From an uncultured Aquificales bacterium (GTDB lineage Bacteria > Thermosulfidibacterota > Thermosulfidibacteria > Thermosulfidibacterales > Thermosulfidibacteraceae): a stretch of 14,342 nucleotides of DNA. The position numbers and the translations under genes were made by a program. The notes under the pieces were generated by a model that worked only from the letters and a program-made list of their open reading frames with translations, was not told the origin of the DNA and did not search any database. This document shows, one piece after another, positions 9,526 through 14,342 of the stretch (the first letter of the stretch is position 1; each line of letters opens with the position of its first letter). The stretch lies in contig CAYVOC010000033.1 of NCBI GenBank assembly GCA_964453345.1, positions 1 through 14,342 of the forward strand, in the 5' to 3' direction.

Positions 9526-9821
9526 CGGTTCCCATGAGGATAGTTGAGCTCGACTACCCCATGGCGGTCTGTGAGGCCATGGGGGTCAGAAGAAGGGTGA
9601 ATTTGATGCTGCTCGATGAGGATAGCGTGAAGGTGGGTGATTATGTAGTGGTGCATGTGGGCACGGCCATAGAGGTTATACGGGAAAAAGAGGCGAAGCA
9701 GATCTGGGAGCTGTTCGACCAGCTTTTGGAGGATGGTGGTGCACGAGGCGAGCATAGCCATGAGCCTGATAGAGATGATCTTGAAGATAGCGGAGGAGAA
9801 TTCGGCAAAGAGGGTGCTTAG
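9516..9821 (+). CDS. hypC: Hydrogenase maturation chaperone HypC (HypC/HybG/HupF family) with an acidic, His-containing C-terminal tail
   Basis: Start moved to ATG 9516 to give the family signature MCIAVP; also VKVGDYVVVHVG.AI. 101 aa; the last ~27 codons overlap hypA. Confidence 0.93.
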   Translation: MCIAVPMRIVELDYPMAVCEAMGVRRRVNLMLLDEDSVKVGDYVVVHVGTAIEVIREKEAKQIWELFDQLLEDGGARGEHSHEPDRDDLEDSGGEFGKEGA

Positions 9822-10089
9822 GGTGTTTGTGAGGGTGGGAGAGCTTTCGGGTGTGGTTGTGGACAGTCTGGTTTTTGCCTTTGACGCCCTGAAGGAGGGG
9901 GACGACAGGGTGAAGGATACCGAGCTTGTGGTTGAAAGGGTCCCTGTGAGATACAGGTGCGGGGATTGCGGCAGGGTGTTTGAGGTGGGGCCTCCCTTCT
10001 TTGCCGAGTGTCCCCACTGCGGGGGGATGGGATGTGAGATGGTTTCCGGGGAGGAGCTTGATCTTGTAAACCTTGAGATGGAGGTGTAG
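9739..10089 (+). CDS. hypA: Hydrogenase nickel metallochaperone HypA
   Basis: GTG at 9739 yields the conserved Ni-binding N-terminus MHE and has SD GGAGG at 9728-9732 (6-nt spacing). Also VGELSGV, zinc sites CGDC and CPHC, and C-terminal GEEL; 116 aa. Confidence 0.95.
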   Translation: MHEASIAMSLIEMILKIAEENSAKRVLRVFVRVGELSGVVVDSLVFAFDALKEGDDRVKDTELVVERVPVRYRCGDCGRVFEVGPPFFAECPHCGGMGCEMVSGEELDLVNLEMEV

Positions 10090-10091
10090 CC

Positions 10092-10802
10092 GTGTGCGAT
10101 GTCTGCGGATGCGGAAAACCGGATGGCGTGAGGAGGGTTGTTGCTAATGTGGAGGAGAAGATCCTCAGCAAAAACCAGCAGTATGCCGAACACAACAGGC
10201 GCCACTTTGAGGAGCAGGGTATTGTTGCCGTCAACCTCATAAGCTCGCCGGGCTCCGGCAAGACGACCCTTCTTGAGAGAACCATTGAGGCCCTATCGCC
10301 CAGATACACCATAGGCGTGCTTGAGGGGGACATCGAGACCACCATAGATGCCGAAAGGGTCAGGGCAAAGGGGGCCTATGCGGTTCAGTTGACAACGGGA
10401 GGGGCGTGTCATCTTGAGGCCTCCCTTGTCCACAGGGGGCTTCACGCCCTTGAGCACGAGCTTGACGGCAAAAGGTGCGATCTTATCTTCATAGAGAACG
10501 TGGGTAATTTAGTGTGCCCCGCCTCCTTTGATCTGGGAGAGACGGTGAGGGTGGTTTTGGTTTCGGTGCCGGAGGGGGACGACAAGCCCTTGAAGTATCC
10601 CAAGGCCTTCAAGACCTCCCAGGTCTTTGTGATAACCAAGATAGATCTTGCACCCTACTTCGATTTTTCCATTGATAGGGTCAAGGAGAACGCCCTCTCC
10701 ATCAATCCGGACCTCAAGGTCTTCGCCCTTTCCGCCAAGACCGGCGAGGGGCTTGATGAGTGGATTTCCTATGTTGAATCCCTCGTGGGAGGCGGGGATT
10801 GA
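10092..10802 (+). CDS. hypB: Hydrogenase nickel incorporation GTPase HypB
   Basis: N-terminal CxxCGC Ni site (MCDVCGC), P-loop SSPGSGKT, GGACHL, ENVGNLVCPASFDLGE, EGDDKPLKYP and TKID. GTG start with SD GGAGGTG at 10080-10086. Confidence 0.97.
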   Translation: MCDVCGCGKPDGVRRVVANVEEKILSKNQQYAEHNRRHFEEQGIVAVNLISSPGSGKTTLLERTIEALSPRYTIGVLEGDIETTIDAERVRAKGAYAVQLTTGGACHLEASLVHRGLHALEHELDGKRCDLIFIENVGNLVCPASFDLGETVRVVLVSVPEGDDKPLKYPKAFKTSQVFVITKIDLAPYFDFSIDRVKENALSINPDLKVFALSAKTGEGLDEWISYVESLVGGGD

Positions 10803-11626
10803 TAGGTTCCAGCGAGCTTCTCCTCGTTGTTCTGGTGGCCCTCGTCTTTCTCGGCCCCAAAAGGTTTCTGGAAACGGTCAGGGCGCTTAGAGGGGAGCAG
10901 ACCCCGGATATAGAGCCGCTTAAGGAGCTGAGGGAGGAGGAAGACGAGGGGCTTGTCTTTCACCTTGAGGAGCTGAGGAAGCGGATAATCTATTCCGCCG
11001 TCAGTGTGGTGCCCACGACTGTTCTATGCTTCTTTTACGCTCCTAAGATAATAGACTTCCTCAGGAAGCCCTACGGCGGCAAGCTGATCTTCATTTCACC
11101 CCCTGAGGCCTTCATCGTCAACATAAAGGTTGCCATAGGCGCGGGGATAATACTTGCCTTCCCCTTCATAGCCTATCAGATATGGAAGTTTGTTGCTCCC
11201 GGACTTTATCCCAACGAGAAGAAAATTTTTGTGGGGTTGATTTTCCTTTCCACGCTGCTTTTCGTTGCGGGCATCTCCTTTGCCTACTTCCTCATAGTTC
11301 CCCTCGCCTTCAAGTTTTTGCTGAAGTTTTCCTACAACTGGTTTGAGCCCATGTTCACCGTGGGCAGATACTTCTCCTTTCTGTTCAAGCTGATGATAGC
11401 CTTCGGCGTGGTCTTTCAGACCCCCATAATAGTCATCTTCCTTGTGGCGACCGGGGTTGTCACCGTTGAGGCCCTGTCCAGATACAGGCGTCACATCTGG
11501 GTTGCAAGTTTTGTTTTGGGGGCGGTGCTCACTCCGCCAGATGTCCTCTCGCAGGTGATGATGTCCCTTCCCCTTATCCTGCTGTTTGAGCTGAGCCTCT
11601 TTGCAGGAAGGATGTTTGAGCGCTAA
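10799..11626 (+). CDS. tatC: Twin-arginine translocase TatC with an N-terminal fused TatB/TatA-like domain
   Basis: TatC motifs HLEELRKR, SPPEAF, YQIWKFVAPGLYPNEKK, FGVVFQTP and LTPPDVLSQ...PLILLFE. Residues 1-31 (MIGSSELLLVVLVALVFLGPKRFLETVRALR) match the TatA/B pattern. TTG start overlaps the hypB stop (TTGA), with SD GGAGG at 10788-10792. Confidence 0.92.
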   Translation: MIGSSELLLVVLVALVFLGPKRFLETVRALRGEQTPDIEPLKELREEEDEGLVFHLEELRKRIIYSAVSVVPTTVLCFFYAPKIIDFLRKPYGGKLIFISPPEAFIVNIKVAIGAGIILAFPFIAYQIWKFVAPGLYPNEKKIFVGLIFLSTLLFVAGISFAYFLIVPLAFKFLLKFSYNWFEPMFTVGRYFSFLFKLMIAFGVVFQTPIIVIFLVATGVVTVEALSRYRRHIWVASFVLGAVLTPPDVLSQVMMSLPLILLFELSLFAGRMFER

Positions 11627-12051
11627 CCGGCCTGCCTGCCCATGAGTTCCGCTATGAGTTTCACCTCGCTTATGGGGATGTTCAGTTCCGATGCCACATC
11701 GGCCGGGCTTTTACCCTTGCTCAAAAGGTGCTTTGCAAGCTCCCTTTTCTGCTTCTTCTCGCTCTCCTTTCTGCCGATGGATTCGGAAAGCATACGCAGC
11801 TTCTTTTCCACCTCAAGCTCCAGCTTTTTTAATTCTTTTATGGCCTTGTCCCTTTCGTAAACCACCAGATCCGCTGCTGCGGATAGCTCCTTCGCCTTAT
11901 CCTCTATGAGGACCTTCAGCCTTTCCTCGGCGGAGAGGACCCTTTCAAGATCTTCCTTCTCTACCCTTCGCCGGGATAGCAGAAAAAAGAGCAGCACCAC
12001 CACAACCACATCAAAGAGGATCTGCAGGGTCAGGAACACCTTGAGAAGCAT
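11623..12051 (-). CDS. Membrane-anchored coiled-coil protein with C-terminal HTH (DUF2802/DUF6115/SwrB-like, possibly motility associated)
   Basis: N-terminal TM helix (ILFDVVVVVLLFFLL followed by RRR), central coiled coil, and C-terminal HTH-like GKSPADVASELNIPISEVKLI. Its ATG overlaps the PilZ gene stop (TGATG). The family assignment rests on architecture only. Confidence 0.65.
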   Translation of the reverse strand: MLLKVFLTLQILFDVVVVVLLFFLLSRRRVEKEDLERVLSAEERLKVLIEDKAKELSAAADLVVYERDKAIKELKKLELEVEKKLRMLSESIGRKESEKKQKRELAKHLLSKGKSPADVASELNIPISEVKLIAELMGRQAG

Positions 12052-12623
12052 CAGCTTTTGCCCAGGGATCTTCTTGCCAGAAGTTCTCTCTGTTTGATGA
12101 AGACAAACTTTATGAGATCTTCTCTGTCGTCCTCTTTTATAAATTCAAAGGCCACTCTGATGAGATACTCCGCACCCTTCTTTTCGCAACTCACCACCTT
12201 CCCCAGCACCCTTATTCCGGATTTGGGAAAGAGGGGCACGCCTATCACTATATCCAGCAGGGTGTTCGGCGCTATCTGCTCCTTCCACAAAAAGGAAAGT
12301 CCCCCGCCCCCAAGATCGTTGGTTATCGCCCTGTGGGCGTAGGAGACCTGGCATGATGTTTCCAGCCTCTCCTCAAGCTCCTCCAGCTTCTTTTTGATAT
12401 AGACCAGAAGCTCCAGCAGGATGGGGTTTACCTCCTTGGTCTCCTGAAGCTTGTGCTTTTCCATTATGAGCTTGCTGAAGGCTTCAACATCCCTGTAGGT
12501 GTCCTCCTCACTTCTGTTGATGGATTCAACCACCCTCTCCTTGTCTTTGGGATCCACCGGATTGAAGCTGATCTTCACAGCAACCGGAACCCTTACGAAT
12601 TCTCTTTTGCCTGTGTTTTGCAT
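12051..12623 (-). CDS. PilZ domain protein (putative c-di-GMP receptor)
   Basis: RxxxR (R7-E-F-V-R11), variant D/NxSxxG motif (DLGGGG at D103), beta-barrel strands (GIRVLGKVV, YLIRVAFEFI) and C-terminal helix REDLIKFVFIKQRELL. SD GGGAGGT at 12634-12628. Confidence 0.85.
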   Translation of the reverse strand: MQNTGKREFVRVPVAVKISFNPVDPKDKERVVESINRSEEDTYRDVEAFSKLIMEKHKLQETKEVNPILLELLVYIKKKLEELEERLETSCQVSYAHRAITNDLGGGGLSFLWKEQIAPNTLLDIVIGVPLFPKSGIRVLGKVVSCEKKGAEYLIRVAFEFIKEDDREDLIKFVFIKQRELLARRSLGKS

Positions 12624-12638
12624 GAGAACCTCCCGGCT

Positions 12639-12851
12639 TCAGGCAAATATGTCTATTCCCCTGCCGATTTCCCTGTTACTTCCTGTTTCACCGGTCTCAT
12701 TTACCGTGGTTCTTCTCCTCTCAAAGAGGGCTGCATTTGTCTCAAGGTTCTTCTCCATGTTAACATCTCTGGGGGTGAGATGCACGGTCCCGACCGTATC
12801 CCAGACCAAGGAAAGCTTGCCTATGAGATGCAGGCTGCTTCTGGAATACAT
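12639..12851 (-). CDS. Small hypothetical protein (70 aa) ending in GRGIDIFA
   Basis: ATG preceded by AAAGGA. It fills the gap before the PilZ gene, stopping 15 nt upstream of it. The C-terminal G-x-x-I-D-x-x-A ending resembles small motility-associated proteins (YjfB-like). The start could instead be the internal MEKNL ATG. Confidence 0.5.
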   Translation of the reverse strand: MYSRSSLHLIGKLSLVWDTVGTVHLTPRDVNMEKNLETNAALFERRRTTVNETGETGSNREIGRGIDIFA

Positions 12852-12879
12852 CTTTCCGATCCTTTCTTGCTTTAAAACA

Positions 12880-12888
12880 TGCTATAGT
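12880..12888 (+). promoter_or_regulatory. Candidate extended -10 promoter for the GGDEF gene
   Basis: TG-C-TATAGT in the AT-rich intergenic gap, 56 nt upstream of ATG 12945. No good -35 at 17-nt spacing. Confidence 0.3.
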
Positions 12889-12944
12889 GTTAGATATTCC
12901 AAGATCTTTGGAGGATCAAGAGCATACTTGTTGGAGAGGGTATC

Positions 12945-14276
12945 ATGGAGGAGCAGCTGAGGAAGATTGCTGTGGCACTGATTGAGGTGGCTCTCCGCCA
13001 TCTTTCAAGGGACGAGATTGAAGAGATCATTGATACCGTAAAGTTTTCAGACGACCCTCAGGAGCTTGAGGAGCTTTACAGCAGACTGGAGGGGTTGCTC
13101 GAGGCCGGCAAACCTGAGGCTGAGGGGATTCTGGAGGAGGCCGGCAGAATCATCAGAGAGCTTGCGGAGATCGTGGGGGTTGATCCCCTTGAGATCAGGA
13201 CGCCCACAGATGCAGCCGAGGCCATAAAAACCATAGGAGAGCTGGTTTTTCTCGCAAGGGATCGTTTCGACTGTGTGGAGAGGGAGCGGATAGAGCGCAT
13301 AAAGGATTACATAAGGGATTTGATCACGCAGATAGGCTCCCGGTATCAGGGGACGGATGTCAACATCATTATTCAGTCAGCCCTTGACAGAATAGAGAAG
13401 GATGAAAAGGCCATCTTCAATCCCGAAATATACAAGCGCATACAGGACCTCATACTGGAAAGGGAAAAGGAGCTTGAATCCGAGAGGGCCAAGGTCAGGG
13501 AAAGGCTGAAACTTGTGATAAAGAGCATCGTGGATTCCCTCAACTCCCTTGGCAAATCCGAGGCAGCCATTGTGGATTCCCTCAGCGAGCATGTGTCGGG
13601 CATAGAGAGCATCATAGCCCTGGATAATATAGATGAGATAACAGATAAACTCGCTCAGCTCGCAAAGGATCTGAGACGCACTATTTCTAAGGTGAAGGAG
13701 GAGATCGGCAGAACGAGGGCCGAACTGCAAAGGGCTCAGAAACAGCTTGAGGAGCTGAAGCAGGAGGTTGAGAAATACAGGGAGCGTTCCATCATAGATG
13801 AACTGACCCAGATCCTGAACAGAAGGGGAATAATGGATCTGCTTGTGAGGGAGCTTGCAAGAAGCAAAAGGTTCAACACTCCCCTGTCCGTTTTGATGCT
13901 TGATATAGACGACTTCAAGGCGATAAACGACACCTACGGCCACATAGTTGGAGACAAGGTCCTCAGAGCCATCGCTTCCATAGTGAAGAATAATCTCAGG
14001 ATCACGGATGCCGTTGGTAGATACGGGGGAGAGGAGTTTCTGGTGGTTCTTCCCGATACCGATGCGGAGGCCGCACTTGTTGTGGCCGAGAAACTGAGAA
14101 AGGCTGTGGAAAAGAAAGTTTACAAATACAGGGACAGCACCTTTAAGGTGACGGTCAGCATCGGGGCTGCACAGGCAAAACCAGAAGACACTCCCGAAAG
14201 CCTCATAGATCGGGCTGACAAGGCCCTTTATCTTTCGAAACAGGCCGGGAAGAACAGGGTGACCTTGGCGGAGTAA
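12945..14276 (+). CDS. Soluble diguanylate cyclase (helical/coiled-coil N-terminus plus GGDEF domain)
   Basis: DELTQILNRR, DIDDFKAINDTYGHIVGDKVL, I-site RITD five residues before GGEEF, VTVSIG and RADKALYLSKQAGKNRV. About 275 N-terminal residues are charged and helical, with no TM segment. Confidence 0.95.
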   Translation: MEEQLRKIAVALIEVALRHLSRDEIEEIIDTVKFSDDPQELEELYSRLEGLLEAGKPEAEGILEEAGRIIRELAEIVGVDPLEIRTPTDAAEAIKTIGELVFLARDRFDCVERERIERIKDYIRDLITQIGSRYQGTDVNIIIQSALDRIEKDEKAIFNPEIYKRIQDLILEREKELESERAKVRERLKLVIKSIVDSLNSLGKSEAAIVDSLSEHVSGIESIIALDNIDEITDKLAQLAKDLRRTISKVKEEIGRTRAELQRAQKQLEELKQEVEKYRERSIIDELTQILNRRGIMDLLVRELARSKRFNTPLSVLMLDIDDFKAINDTYGHIVGDKVLRAIASIVKNNLRITDAVGRYGGEEFLVVLPDTDAEAALVVAEKLRKAVEKKVYKYRDSTFKVTVSIGAAQAKPEDTPESLIDRADKALYLSKQAGKNRVTLAE

Positions 14277-14283
14277 AAAAATT

Positions 14284-14342
<59 letters not shown>

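Noticed and set aside
12852-12944. Possible sigma28 or sigma54 promoter for the PilZ trio, and the short palindrome TCCAA-GATCT-TTGGA (12898-12912)
   Set aside because: No TAAA-N15-GCCGATAA or TGGCAC-N5-TTGC with correct spacing was found, and 5-bp palindrome arms are too short to support a call.
12453-12960. Plus-strand ORFs 12453-12875 and 12499-12960
   Set aside because: They are antisense to the PilZ and small-protein genes, have atypical composition and lack a clear SD.

Overview
This window is gene-dense bacterial chromosome with codon usage typical of a thermophilic anaerobe (many AGG/AGA Arg and ATA Ile codons; taxon not determined). From left to right it holds four blocks. (1) The 5' part of a minus-strand DUF302-family gene, which runs off the window edge. 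(2) A ~140-bp divergent promoter region followed by a ~11-kb plus-strand run of 12 overlapping or abutting genes: ribBA, ribH, nusB, der, mltG, trpB2, hypD, hypF, hypC, hypA, hypB and tatC. This joins housekeeping genes to [NiFe]-hydrogenase maturation genes; hypE and hydrogenase structural genes are absent from the window. The tatC ORF carries an in-frame N-terminal TatB/TatA-like transmembrane plus amphipathic domain, so it looks like a natural TatB-TatC fusion, the most unusual feature here. (3) A minus-strand trio (70-aa small protein, split-motif PilZ protein, membrane-anchored coiled-coil/HTH protein) divergent from a soluble GGDEF diguanylate cyclase, forming a candidate local c-di-GMP module. 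(4) The 3' part of an initiator tRNA-Met gene on the minus strand. I saw no mobile elements or CRISPR arrays. All calls come from recognising motifs by eye; no database searches were run.
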